Below are positions 26,024 through 38,951 of a DNA stretch of 64,000 bases, piece after piece. The DNA is from Octopus sinensis. Taxonomy: Eukaryota. The stretch is taken from the NCBI RefSeq assembly GCF_006345805.1, contig NC_043003.1:112530001-112594000 (forward strand), in the 5' to 3' direction. Position 1 is the stretch's first letter, and each line of letters begins with the position of its first letter. A program made the position numbers and the translations under genes. The notes below the pieces were generated by a model that worked only from the letters and a program-made list of their open reading frames with translations, was not told where the DNA came from and made no database searches.

Positions 26024-26330
26024 ATTTAGGAGAGTGCCATCTTCGTCAATAAGAGGACCAACAGCGGAGAGAGTGACGTTGTATTTCTTCGCAAAAGAAA
26101 ATATTTTTGGGGTTCGGTCTGATTTTCTCAATGACCCATTTCTCTTCAGCTGTTGTTTGGTTATTGATGATGATCTTCATGTATTATTGGAAGGTATGTG
26201 TCTTTGATTCGAGCAGGGCGATAGCCTCCGAATATATGTATGGCTGTTGGCAGTATTTTAGTTTTTTAATTGTTTTGTTTGTTTTTGTTTTATTTTTCTG
26301 ATAATAGTTTTTTTTCAGCTTTGGGAGATT
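26024..26330 (-). pseudogene. CR1/L2-type LINE ORF2 linker fragment
   Basis: AEEKWVIEKIRPNPK / IFSFAKKYNVTLSAVGPLIDEDGTLLN with one frameshift; resembles KIKxNPKxFYSYA...IGPL.DEDG. Confidence 0.5.
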
Positions 26331-27035
26331 CTGAACTTAATTTTGTTCATAGATTTTGGTGGGGTGTGTTTTTCACATATGTTTGAAACAGTGTTTGGCG
26401 TGTGGGTGTGTGTGAGGCCTTTACTTTCAAAAACAGCATCCAGTCCAAGCATATTTTTCAAAATATGAAGCATAATACTATAATTCAATGAAATATTACT
26501 TGAATATACTTTATTATGTATATATATATAAAGACAACATTGATATTTCCCCTTGCTGTATTCGGGAAAAGAAGGAACAGACTAAACAATTTTGCGTGAG
26601 CTTATTCTTAGAAAATCTATTTAAAGTTTAATTAAATTTGTTTACGAGGCTTCATCAGGAAATTCTATCCGTTTTCTTCGAAGCAATCTTTCAAATAATT
26701 TGTCGAAATTGCAAGGTGGTGCACCCAGTCGATGTTATTAAAATTTCACTGTTTAAGTAGTGTTTCTCAAAGGTGCTTTCAGATAAAACGATGATATATT
26801 TTCTTAATGTCCATTGATCTCGCTGGTAGATAAGATATAGCCAGACTTATGCTAGGAAAACACGTCACCAATGACTGATTATACCAAGGGCTGAAGGGTA
26901 CGTGCGCGTCTTTGAGTTCATATAAACGTACACGACTATATATATATATATATAGTTTTATCTATTTACTTATCTATATACATACATACATATATGCACA
27001 TATGCTATGTATTTCATATATTTATATATATATGC

Positions 27036-27093
<58 letters not shown>

Positions 27094-27489
27094 GTGTGTA
27101 CATATATATATGTATAAATAAACATACATAAATATATACATACATATAAGTGTGTGTGTGCCTGTATGTGTGTTTTGCATATGTATATATGTGTTTGCAT
27201 ATGTGCATGTGTGATCTCTCAAATACTGAAAGGAAAACTTAATGCCTTGACGCATATGTAGAAGTAATTCTGTTCAGAACTTTGGCGTAGAAGGAGAATA
27301 TATTACGAGAAATAAACGGTACTGATAAATCTAAACACTATCACCATTGATATTGCACGCCGGAAATCTGTAAAATAAGAAATTGGCCTCTAATGTCCAA
27401 TGAATGCCATATTATCTACTGAGATCTTTAATTGGTTTCACATTTCTTCCTAGTGTCCCTAATTAACTGAAAATTTTACAGACATTGGA

Positions 27490-27700
27490 TTCAAATTTTG
27501 GCACAAAACCAGCAATTTTAAAGGAAACGTTAGCCGATGCCAGCGACGGCAATGCTTGTTCGGGGCTTTATTTTATCTACCCCTTAAGAATAATCGGCAA
27601 AGTTGACTTCGTGTTAATTTGAACTCGGAATGTAATGCGTCCGAAGAAATACTGCGAGGTATTTTGTTCGACACTCTAACCATTCTGCCTGCCACCGCCG
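27490..27700 (-). mobile_element. Diverged family-A-like SINE
   Basis: GGCACAAAACCAGCAATTTT...GGCAAAGTTGACTTCG...AATTTGAACTCGGAATG...ATTTTGTTCGAC. Confidence 0.6.
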
Positions 27701-29716
27701 GAATAAATGCTGCATAACATTTAAAAAGAGAATTATCAGTCTATTGATACACCAAGTAAAGATTCTAAATATCTTGATAAAGATAACTATATAAGTATTG
27801 AACTTTGAGGCATATACAGAGAAGATATAAAAAACATATATGATCTAAATCCAGATGTTTAACTTCAGGAATGGATGCAAAATTATAATTAATGTTCTAA
27901 AAATGATATGTATAGTTATTCTTTGGGATCAACCTCCATGTGAGTATGCTATTCGCTGTTGGATTTCGTCACCTGAAAACTAGTGGAAACTATTTCGACA
28001 TGTAATGACAAAACATTTCTTGAGCAAAACATTTCATTTCACATTGCTCTACGATCACTTCAACCTCTGACGTGTGACGTACCGAGCACCTGTACAGACG
28101 ATGTCGGGTTGATCGGGGCGTTGAGCACAAACATTTGATCATAATAAACAAATCATCTGTTCAGATTGTCCAGCAAGAATCTGTAGACCCTCGTCGTTTT
28201 ACAACAGGAGAGTCAACCACGTATTAATACCATCGTATACCGATGTGGACGTATGCGAGCCAGCATGTGTTATATGAGTGAGCGAGGGTGTGAGTGTGCG
28301 AATATATGTATGTGCGGTGAAATAATAATTTGCCGTGGGCACAAAGTGCAGCGGCCATGCTGGAACACTGCTTTGTATGGTTTGGTTGGTCGAAGAAATC
28401 GACCCAATGTTTGTTTTTAAGACTTGTATTTACTCTATACTTTCCTTATGCTGAACCGCTAAGTTATAGACGTTGGATCAAACTAGCATCGCTAGTCAAA
28501 CATTGTGACGTGGTCAAAGTTATACACAAGCACACGACGAGTTTCCACACAGTTTCTTTCAACCAAATTCACTCGCAAGGCATTAGTCGACCGAGGTTAT
28601 AGTAAATAATTCCCAAGTTGACGCGCAGTGGACTGAACCTCAAAACATTTTGTTGCAAAACGAGCTTCAATAATGATATAAAGACATCAATAAATGCTGG
28701 AAGATAAGTCTATCCTTACTGCAATTTACATAACCACGAATACGTGTAACATTCATCAGCAAATAACTTGTTTAGTGGTTTCTATAAGCAAGAGCCACAA
28801 CTCTTATTTATGGCATTGATTCAGAGAGAACTGTAACTGTATCTAAAACCAAGTTGAATTTCTGGTATATCAGATTCTTCTTTCCTCAATGAATCAAGTG
28901 TTTAGTGAACACATCATTTGATAGAAGTTATTCGCCGAAGATGAAGTATAACGGCGATTAGCATATTCATGCTGCAATGTGCTGGAATGTATTAAGAATA
29001 AATATGTGCATCATTGTGACGAAATAACATCCATTATTGAAATACTGAGAAAGAGATGACATTGAACAAATAGTTCAAGTACGTTTTACGTATTGACTTC
29101 AGCTAGTATCTGCTTCAAAAAACTTCAGCCAGCTTGCAAATTTGTTCCCTGTAGCTTCTGTTTATCTAAAAAATACTGTGTCTTTTCCCTATCGTTTATG
29201 TAGTATAAAAGAAAGAGAAAATATTTCATTCAGTATTGATTTAGTCATGTTTATCAATGACTATACAAGTAGACGCTTTCAGATGTAAAATTATTACTGT
29301 TTGTATGTGTGTATTTAGGGGTAAAATTATGAGTGTATTTGTGCGTGTCTGCATGTGAGTATGTGTACGTAAAAGCATCAATATTTACAGTAATGTAGAA
29401 ATTCTCTTATATTGATATAACTATGTACTGGTGTATACTTGTGTGTGGTGTGCGCGCGTATGCGTGTTAGTGTGTGTATGTGTGTGTGTGTGAGTGTGTG
29501 CACGCGTGTATGTGTGGGAATGCATGTGTGCAACAGCATGCAAACACAGTATATGCATTCATGTAAGCATTCCAATTGTTTATAGCTCTATTAACTTTTC
29601 TAATTATATATACATGCACAAAAGTCGTATACATAAATATATGCGTTGACACAAACGCAAACACATATAAATATAATTTTACATATCTCTATATATGTAT
29701 AAATATAAGTATATAT

Positions 29717-29952
29717 TATTGTGTCTGGGGAGAGTCATTCTCGCTTAGTTCCTGAGAACTTAGCACACGATTTCCACTCGCTTATTTATTTTTTTCTAAA
29801 ATTTTTGTTGCGTCTTGCAACGACTATTGAAAAGGCTGCAAATGCAACGAAAATTTTAGAAGAAAATAAATAAGTAAACGAGTGGAAATCGAACCGGTGA
29901 GTGTGTTAAATAATAAGGCACAAAAAGAGAATGACTCTCCCCAGACACAATA
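29717..29952. mobile_element. Palindromic MITE (foldback)
   Basis: TATTGTGTCTGGGGAGAGTCATTCTC ... GAGAATGACTCTCCCCAGACACAATA, plus internal arms GATTTCCACTCG..TTATTTATTTT / AAAATAAATAA..CGAGTGGAAATC. Confidence 0.85.
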
Positions 29953-30050
29953 AAATATGCTTCAACACACGAATTCACATAAAGAATCAATCTTGCGAAC
30001 CAAATACAAAAAGAATATATATATATATGTTTATATATATATATATATAT

Positions 30051-30312
30051 TTGGTAAAAACGGTAAGATAACAAAAGAAAGAAAGAGACCTCAATATTAG
30101 GTAAATAGAAGAAATTTATCTGTAAAATAATATGTGACAATTATTCGGTAGCCAAGATAAAACTCTGAGTTTCGGACGCCGAGGTGGAAATCTACACCAC
30201 CATATCTTCGGTTATCTGCCCTGAGATGGGGGTGTGGATTTCCACCTCGGCATCCGAAACTCAGAATTTTATCTTGACTACCGAATAATTGTCACATATT
30301 ATTTTACAGATA
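30051..30312. mobile_element. Foldback repeat with hammerhead motif, within (TA)n (PLE pLTR-like)
   Basis: 30117-~30200 is the inverted complement of ~30230-30312; (TA)n on both sides. Confidence 0.75.
30155..30217 (-). ncRNA. Type I hammerhead motif with U4>C lesion
   Basis: AGAUAA-CCGAAGA-stem II-GAAACUC-A-GAGU-U-UUAUCU. 6-bp stem I, 4-bp stem III with 1-nt loop, GUU triplet. Confidence 0.6.
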
Positions 30313-30316
30313 TATA

Positions 30317-30355
<39 letters not shown>

Positions 30356-30379
30356 TACATACTTTCGATAAGATTTATA

Positions 30380-31042
30380 TATATGTACGTGAGAATATGT
30401 ATAAATACACAAGAACGTGTTAGGTTGCAGATTAATATTTAATGCTGTAATTTCTACAGAATTCATCCGATTTTGATGAAATTTGACATTTAGGTCAAGT
30501 TTATGGTCTGAGTCTTATGGTAGAATTAAAATTTAACTGGTGAAAGGGAGAAATCGTCAAAATTCACTCACAATAATATAATGAACTGATTTTGAAGAAA
30601 ATTGACCCATGAGCAAAATTAAGCACTTCGACATATGAAACATCGATTATTTATATAATGTATTGGGATTTAATAGTCAATGGGATATTTTCATGTAAAT
30701 TGTCACATGGATTCTATTTTATGACATAAACTTAACACTTTTCTTCGGATATTGCTGAGATTGGACACGCTCATCAATTTTTTTTAAGAGGGTGGCATTA
30801 AGAGAAGAGAAATAAACAAACATCACTCTCAACGGGTCAAGATACACCCAGAATTTTGACTGCGATTTCAGACGATCCAGTATGTAGGAGTATGTCGAAA
30901 GCGTTAACCGGGAAAATTCCCTGCCGAACCAGTATACCATCTTAATGGTTGGTACGGAGAATGTAGAAGATTTCAATACAAGATCAGAGGTGGGCTTAAA
31001 TTCAACACGCACAATACGAGCAACGCCAGGTCGAACAGCTAG
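30380..31042 (+). mobile_element. Helitron-like element (3' end clear, 5' end approximate)
   Basis: Ends ACGAGCAACGCCAGGTCGAACAGCTAG|T, the same 3' motif as the other Helitrons here. Confidence 0.55.
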
Positions 31043-31257
31043 TATATACATATTTATATAAAGGTGCAATACTCAAAGAAATGTTAGACTAAGATAAATT
31101 TCTTTATTGCGAACTAAATTTCTTTACTAAGATAGTCGTTGCGTACGCACGCGCGTGTCCGTGTGTGTGTATGTGTGTGAGGGTGAAGGTAGTAGTAGAG
31201 GTAATATAGTAAGTATATACACAAACATAAGCCCAGATATTTGAATTAAGTATCGAG

Positions 31258-31483
31258 AGGGACCATTTGAGTAGGATGGTCTACTCGACCCGAAGAAAAA
31301 TTGTAACTGGGCCCCAAGGTCATGCACTGTTGATCTTGATATGAGATCAGTATGTCGCGCACATATTGTTCTGAAACATGTACCTGATGTACCCTTATCA
31401 GACGGGTAGTCATGATGGGTATAATGGGCTTCGTATATTTATATCCCAGTGTCACTGTAATGCCATGCGTTCCTTCATCACTC
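31258..31483 (+). mobile_element. Family E 3' fragment ending in (TAA)n
   Basis: Collinear with ~21125-21332; followed by (TAA)n 31485-31545. Confidence 0.75.
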
Positions 31484-31502
31484 GATAATAATAATAATAA
31501 TA

Positions 31503-31545
<43 letters not shown>

Positions 31546-31546
<1 letters not shown>

Positions 31547-32985
31547 TCATGAAGCACCCACAATTGTACCTCAGTCATAATATAGGCATAAAGACGTCTG
31601 GTAGTAGTAAGAATAACCGAGATATCTTCTAAGAAGACTCATTGTCGCCATTACGTTTTTTGGTAAGCACTGGTATTTCTGTCACAGGAATTGAACCATA
31701 CACGATATGGATACAAAATCGTTGATAGAACCATCTCACACGTCTTTTATATGGATGATCTCAAGCTATATGCAAAAAATGATAATGATCTGGGGGATTA
31801 CTAACAACTGGAATTTGGCTTGGATAAGTGAGCCGATGCAACATTAACAAGGAAATCTCATCGTGCATTACTCTAAATGATAACACTATTATCAAAGAAT
31901 TAGACCAAGATGGAGCATATAAATATATAATAATAAATGAAGGGAAATGTATCCGACATAGAGCACTGAAGGAAAAAATCAGGTAAGAATATTATAGGAG
32001 AGTAAAACTGATTATGAAAACTGAACTGAATTCCCTGAATAGGATTCAAGCCATTAATTGACTTGCTGTCCCACTGCTACAGTAAGTCATAATATAATTA
32101 ATTGAAATATAAATGAGCCTCAATGAATGTACACGATAACAAGAAAAGTAATGATATCAAGCAAAATGTAACATCCAAAACTTTACATGTTTCATACAAT
32201 CCACGTTTCCCGAAAACAGGGCGGTAGAGGCCTCATCCAGATAGAAACATCCTACAAGACCACCATAGGACTTAATTCATGTATCAAGAATAGCTTCGAC
32301 TGGATGACACAGTTAGTAAATCAACACGACGGGAACAAAAGTCTATATTTTGTCGTTAAAGAGGCACAGAAGTATAAACGAGAACTAAACTTAACTGTAA
32401 CTGATAACACTGAAGCTACAGTACCAACACAAGCAGCGAAACACGTGACACAAAAAATTTTAAAATAAAGGCCTTATAAACAAGGGAAATAGACATAGAT
32501 AAATAAAGAATACATCAGGTTTCGCACAGTTCAGACCAAAAGGTAGAAACTCTGAGGTTTTATAATGGCAGCTCAGGATCAGTCCCTACTCACAGCAAAC
32601 TACCAAGCAAATGTCCTCCGCAATGGTGCTGTTTCAAACTGTGGACTATCTCATAAAGGCATTGAAACCTTCGACTGCGTTGTTACTGGCTGTTTTAAAC
32701 TCACAATAACCGAGTACAAAATCAGACATACCTAATAGCACAGTACGTACATTAGAAACATTCCTGAAAACTAGAATAATCACCACCCGAAACCACCTCA
32801 GATGGCAACAGAGTTATTGTTCTGTACGTCTTACCCATCCATTTTCAGAACGGTCAATGGTAGTAGCCCTGATATTATTATCAAAGACCATCGACAACAT
32901 GCTTGCTGTCTCATAGATATGACAGAACCAGCTGATCGTTATATCTCAGACAGAGAATTCGAACCCGCTAGCCTTATAATAAATT
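31546..32985 (+). pseudogene. Decayed 5'-truncated R4/Dong-like non-LTR retrotransposon (RT, Zn knuckle, RLE)
   Basis: IF*EDSLSP (QGDSLSP), HVFYMDDLKLYAKND (31748-31759 = YMDD), EFGLDK, SRKQGGRGL, GFIMAAQDQ, SPDIIIKDH...CCLIDM; multiple stops and frameshifts. Confidence 0.8.
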
Positions 32986-33387
32986 TTGAAATCATTACTA
33001 TTGTTAAGGGATAAAATTAGATACTTATTGTCTGACTGTGGAACAGTAGAGACTTCTACAGGAACATTGAATTACGTTATTAATTAGTTTAAACGAAAGT
33101 GCTGCGTGAGTTAAAAGAGTGAAGCATCAGACAAAATTCATTTTAGATTCTGCTGCTTTTAAATCTCTGTGATATAGTTGAATTAATTAACGGTAATATA
33201 CTTCGGTTGGTTTAGTTGATATTCAAAGAATAGAACTGCAAATTTCAGTCCATTTATCGAGTCAATAAGAAGAAATCAATGTAAATAAACTTCAAATATG
33301 AAGAGACTCTGTAAATCATTGGGTTATCGGAGTTTTATTTGAAAGTAAATGAATGCAAACTTGGAAGAAAGTAAGTGCATGTCTGTG

Positions 33388-33451
<64 letters not shown>

Positions 33452-33759
33452 AATATATATATATATATATATATCTATATATATATATATATATATTTAA
33501 TGAAATGGATAAATGAATTATCTTGTTACGGATTATTCAAATTTTTTTTACCATGGGCTCCTAGGGAGCGTTTTGTTCGAAAAGCTTGCTGCGCATTTGT
33601 TTTGAGATTTTAAATTCCTGGATTTTCCTGAAGAGAAAGCTGCAGAATGGTCTCCTTATTCAATCCGAATTTGGGAATTTGCAGCCTTTGAAACATGTGT
33701 AGAAAATAATAAAAAGGAATTTTGTAGAATCTTCGTTCGGCTCCATTTCTTCCCTTCAC

Positions 33760-33848
<89 letters not shown>

Positions 33849-33920
33849 GAGAGAGAGATACATATATACATAGACATACATATATTTATATGAATGTATG
33901 TATGTATGTATGTACATATA

Positions 33921-34094
33921 CAGTAATTCCTTGCCCTATCGCGGTTTATTATTTAATCTTGCGGTGTTGTTTTGCATTTATCCAAATTATAAATATAATT
34001 AAAACAAATATATAGCACTGTTTCTTCTTAGTGGGTTTTCACCTATCGCGGGTAATTTGGGAACGTAACCCCACCGACAGTTGAAGAATTACTG
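33921..34094. mobile_element. Tigger/pogo-type MITE
   Basis: TA|CAGTAATTCCT ... AAGAATTACTG|TA; TIRs plus TA TSD, 174 bp. Confidence 0.8.
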
Positions 34095-34679
34095 TACATA
34101 CATATATACGTGTTTGAACGCGTTTATGTATGCGTATATTTATACACATATATATGAACACTCGTACCTATATGCATACATATGCGTGTATGTATATCTG
34201 TATGCATGTATACACATATTTGTGTCTATGCATGTATGTATTCATGCATTCATGCATAAATCATTCTTTATCTCGAAATCAAATTAATTTGATATGTGAA
34301 TCCTTGCAAGGATTTGTTTGATGGACATCGCGATAAGAATGAGATCAACGAAGTAGGTAAGCTTTTATTTCAGGTCAATAAAGAAATACGGAAGTAAATA
34401 AAACCAAATAGCGTTGCTCCTCAGTCACATGTCGTCAGTGTTCCACGTAGAGAGATCTTTGAGAGACACTAGAGAAAATGAATTGAAAGAGACAGTTACG
34501 GATAATGAAGAATGGACTTCATTCTGACGTGCTTATAGACATACAGGCGTATACATGTCTAGAATTGATGTGACAAACATACTGCTAGACAGATAGTGAG
34601 AGAGCGACAAACAGACAGACAATGACAGACAGGTAGACAGACAGAAATATAGATTTGAATATATATAGAAGCAATTAAA

Positions 34680-34721
34680 CCAAGAGATGGATGGATAGAT
34701 GGATGGATGGATGGATGGATG

Positions 34722-34753
<32 letters not shown>

Positions 34754-34767
34754 TAGATAGATAGATT

Positions 34768-34822
<55 letters not shown>

Positions 34823-34823
34823 G

Positions 34824-34857
<34 letters not shown>

Positions 34858-34878
34858 CAGACAGATAGATAGATAGAC

Positions 34879-34914
<36 letters not shown>

Positions 34915-34950
34915 GGATAGATGGATGGATGGATGGATGGATGGATGGAT

Positions 34951-35024
<74 letters not shown>

Positions 35025-35170
35025 GGATGGATGGATGGATGGATGGATGGATGGATGGATGGATGGATGGAGGGATGGATGGACGGATGGATAGATGGAT
35101 GGATGGGTGGATGGATGGATGGATGGACGATTGGATGGATGACTGCTAGAGAGAAACAGATATAGATACA
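34680..35170. repeat. Compound (GATA)n/(GATG)n microsatellite
   Basis: Direct inspection; explains ORF 34533..35171. Confidence 0.95.
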
Positions 35171-35869
35171 TAGATGATAGATACTGAAATTGTAAGCTTC
35201 ACGAATAGATTAATTGATATATGGAGAAGCTCGATATCGGAATGAAGTAGAGAGAGAGAATGAGAAAGAGATTAAATAGGTTGCCGGAATTTTATCATGG
35301 AATCCTTTAGGTGAAGTAGTTCAAATTTTTGGTGATATTTTTGAAGGACGAGGAAGAATGTTTAGTACAGAAGATTAAGTGACGAGCTATTCTAAGAGAA
35401 GGGGGAGAGAAAATTGCATCAGTAGGCTTAAATTTCGTTGAGATTTTATAGCATTAACGAAGCTCGTGATATCAGAGGCTTCCTTATATTCTGGCGGAAC
35501 AAAGACCTTTCATTACTGAATCTTAAGTCATCCTATAACAGGCTAACAAAATATAAAGGAAAATTACTATGGCGACTGCTTCGAATAAAGTGTAGATATT
35601 ACTTTATCTGAAGGTGAAGTATTCAGTTTTGTGCTTGCATTTAATGATTTAATGATTTTATCCTACATTGTGTAAACAGCAGTGTTGCTTGTTGGAGTTA
35701 CACAGCGCACTAATCACTGGTTCCCTGCATTAGAGAGCGAAGAGAGGGCGTTTTTTTCAGCTGGAGGGCTACAGATGCTACTGAGCATAACATTCAACGG
35801 AGTCATGTTCATTGGTTTCCTCAGCAATTCATAGGGGAGATATCTATCACTTCCTTCAAACATTAAACT

Positions 35870-36237
35870 ACGGCCATGCGGGAGCATTGCCTTGAAAGAT
35901 TTTAGCCATATAAATCAGACCGAGTACATAATTCTTTTAATCGTGGTATTTATTCTATCGCTCATATTTGCCGAACTGCTAATTTACAGGGACGTAAACA
36001 AACGAAACCTGGTTGTCAAGCGGCTGTGTGAGACGAACAAAAACACAGACACACACACATACACACACGCATATATGTATGTATACGACGGGTTTCTTTC
36101 ACTTTTCGCCTACCAAATACACTCATAAGTCTTTGGTCAGCCCAAATCTATAGTAAAAGCGACTTGCTCAAGGCGCCACGCAATGTGACTCAATCCAGAA
36201 CCATGAGGATGGGGATCAACTTTCTTGCCACAAAATG
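35870..36237 (-). mobile_element. Old family B SINE copy
   Basis: CCGAACTGCTAA, GACGTAAACAAAC, TATACGACGGG, ACTCATAAG.CTTTGGTC motifs collinear with the 49046 copy. Confidence 0.7.
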
Positions 36238-36238
36238 C

Positions 36239-36301
<63 letters not shown>

Positions 36302-36689
36302 GCGTGTGTGTATATGTGTGTGTGTATGAAAATACTCGTGCAAGCTGATGTCTTGATGTTAATATCTATCAAGACAATATTAGAGTTTTAAAGGCAGTTG
36401 AAATAGCGAGAATAAAAATAGCAATGCTTAGAACAACTTTTACGAACAAACATGGGAGTCTCATAATGGACAGTCGACATAGATAAGAATAGCAGTGACA
36501 TCTCCCTTCAGCACTGTACCGTCTTCAAAATATACACGTGCTTTGGTCAGTGTAATCCGGAATACAGCTTCTGAAGAAATGTTGTGATTATGCGTGAAAT
36601 GTTTTTGATGATACTCGATTGGCAAATGTTTTAAAACGTGTTGCAGAAATTCCAGCGTTGTTCCTTATGTGTCAGTAAGTCTTTTATAC

Positions 36690-37430
36690 TATCAGATATT
36701 TGAGACTCTAGGGAAATGATATTAGATCATTCAGTGCATCTTCGAAGCTAAACAACAAGAATAACTAGACCAGCATCAGTTTGTCAAATTGATCAGATTC
36801 GTCCAGAATCTGGTTCTCAATGCAAACAAGACTGAGTACATGACCATCAATGAAAGTTAAAGTTATTTAATAATTTGTTCCAAGGATTTCATACAACTAA
36901 AGGTGATCAGTAACTTTATTTACCTAGTGTCTCAAGTCTCTGACAGTACAAAAGACTTACCGGCACGTAACGAACAATACTGGATTTCCTGTAACCAGTT
37001 TCAACACATTTGCCAATCAAATATTTATTTCAAATACAACAACACTTGTTTTCTTCAGGGTATGTGTAAAGAACATTTTATCAAAGTTTGGACAATCAGG
37101 AAGACGCTTCAAGATCACCATGATGTTACATCAATCAGTTTTCTCGTCTGGGCTCAAAACATCTTATATCTGTAGCACAAAGCCAAAGAGGAGAGTTATG
37201 GATACACTCCTCCCATCTCTGCTATTATTGCTCAACGAAGGGTAGACTTTAATGGCCAGTGCTATCATCCAGAACACCAATACATATATCAGATGTTACA
37301 TTTTGGACACTGCCGCACATTAATAGAAGACAAAGACCAACAGCTACATTTATGTTATCGACAGAAATACACATGAAGCTAGGGACCATCTGGAGCTAAA
37401 GAGCAACAGAGATTCCTGGAACATCGTAAT
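36690..37430 (+). pseudogene. Decayed RTE-clade LINE reverse transcriptase C-terminal half
   Basis: LVLNANKTEYMTIN, FIYLVSQVSDSTKDL..R....WISCNQ, WTIRKTL, AQNI, YGYTPPISAIIAQRR..F.GQCY; typical RTE succession. Confidence 0.75.
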
Positions 37431-37793
37431 GAACCTCATTCCGGTTTCGACCGCTTACGGAGCCGTGCTTTGATACTCAACCATTGGCCTTACAAATACA
37501 TTCACCACTACTACCATTGCAGGCGCTTCTGCATCTCACTACTATCACTACTGTAGTATCGTTATAAACCTAAAAGCCACCAACTGTGATCTGTACTAAC
37601 AGCTCCACTACTAAACCTCATCACCATTGTGAGAGCAACAGCAAATATTATCTGCAATAAGTAGATCACTGATTAATCACATTGTCTAACCCATTATAGT
37701 TACCAGCTTGAAGATTAATCTTATCATCTTCATGCACATATCGCCACGATTTCAGTACTACTTCTACTGCAGAAGAAGAGGAAGAAGAAAAAG

Positions 37794-37824
<31 letters not shown>

Positions 37825-37855
37825 GGCTGTAGTAGTAGTAGTAGTAGTAGTAGTA

Positions 37856-37896
<41 letters not shown>

Positions 37897-38567
37897 ACAA
37901 CCTTAGCACTTGCAAATTAAGATTTAAAATGCCAGCTTCACAAGTTTATTCTTCACACCTTAGCTATCACTGTTCGCAACAACTTAAACATTGCCATTCT
38001 CAAGCCGTTTCAACCACTTCCACCTCTAGCATCGACTTTCGCATTAACATAATAACTGCCATGCTTCTTGAGATTATCGGCTAAGCGTTGTAGAATCTGC
38101 AGGCAGCAATCTATGTAGTAGGAATCATATTGAATGAGATGGGTGTAAGCTGATTGAGGGATAGATGTAAAATAATGATTGCTTTAGAATAAGCATATGG
38201 TTAAGTTTTGTAAATAAACTGTTTAGTTGGTTTAATTAAAGAGAGCATATTACTGTACCGAACTCCATCTGCGCCGTTAAGAAAAAGAAATCCATGAGTC
38301 TCTGCATTATCACTCTTCCTGCAAGAACTACTACCCAAGTATCACTGATATATCATCCTGTATTTCTTTAAATAAGGAGTACATTAAGGAGCAATTAAGG
38401 TTGGAATCTCCTTGACAAGAGCTAGTTATTTCGGTATCCCCTTCAATTAATCAGCCACGATAAAATAGATAAGAAAATCATGCCTAGGCAGTATGTTCTT
38501 AGTAGTTCAGAACATGGGTTTTTTTTTTTTTGCTTTTTGAATGTAGTGCAATGCCAATCTTTGCAGT

Positions 38568-38951
38568 GGAAGCACTCCGTCGGTTACGACGACGAGGGTT
38601 CCGGTTGATCCGAATCAACGGAACAGCCTGCTCGTAAAATTAACGTGTAAGTGTCTGAGCACTCCACAGACACGTGTACCCTTAACGTAGTTCTCGGGGA
38701 TATTTAGGGTGACACAGAGAGTGACAAGGCTGACCCTTTGAAATACAGGTACAACAGAAACAGGAAGTAAGATGAGAGAAAGTTGTGGTGAAAGAGTACA
38801 ACAGGGATCACCACCACCATCCCTGCCGGAGCCTCGTGGAGCTTTAGGTCTTTTCGCTCAATAAACACTCACAACGCCCGGTCTAGGAATCGAAACCGCG
38901 ATCCTACGACCGCGAGTTCACTGCCCTAACCACTGGGCCATTGCGCCTCCT
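38568..38951 (-). mobile_element. tRNA-derived SINE, family C, with 13-bp TSD
   Basis: tRNA-like head at the right end; TSD CAATCTTTGCAGT at 38555-38567 and 38952-38964. Confidence 0.92.

Noticed and set aside
28720-29130. Coding-like AT-rich stretch, possibly a decayed transposase or exon
   Set aside because: All frames interrupted and no motif I could name.
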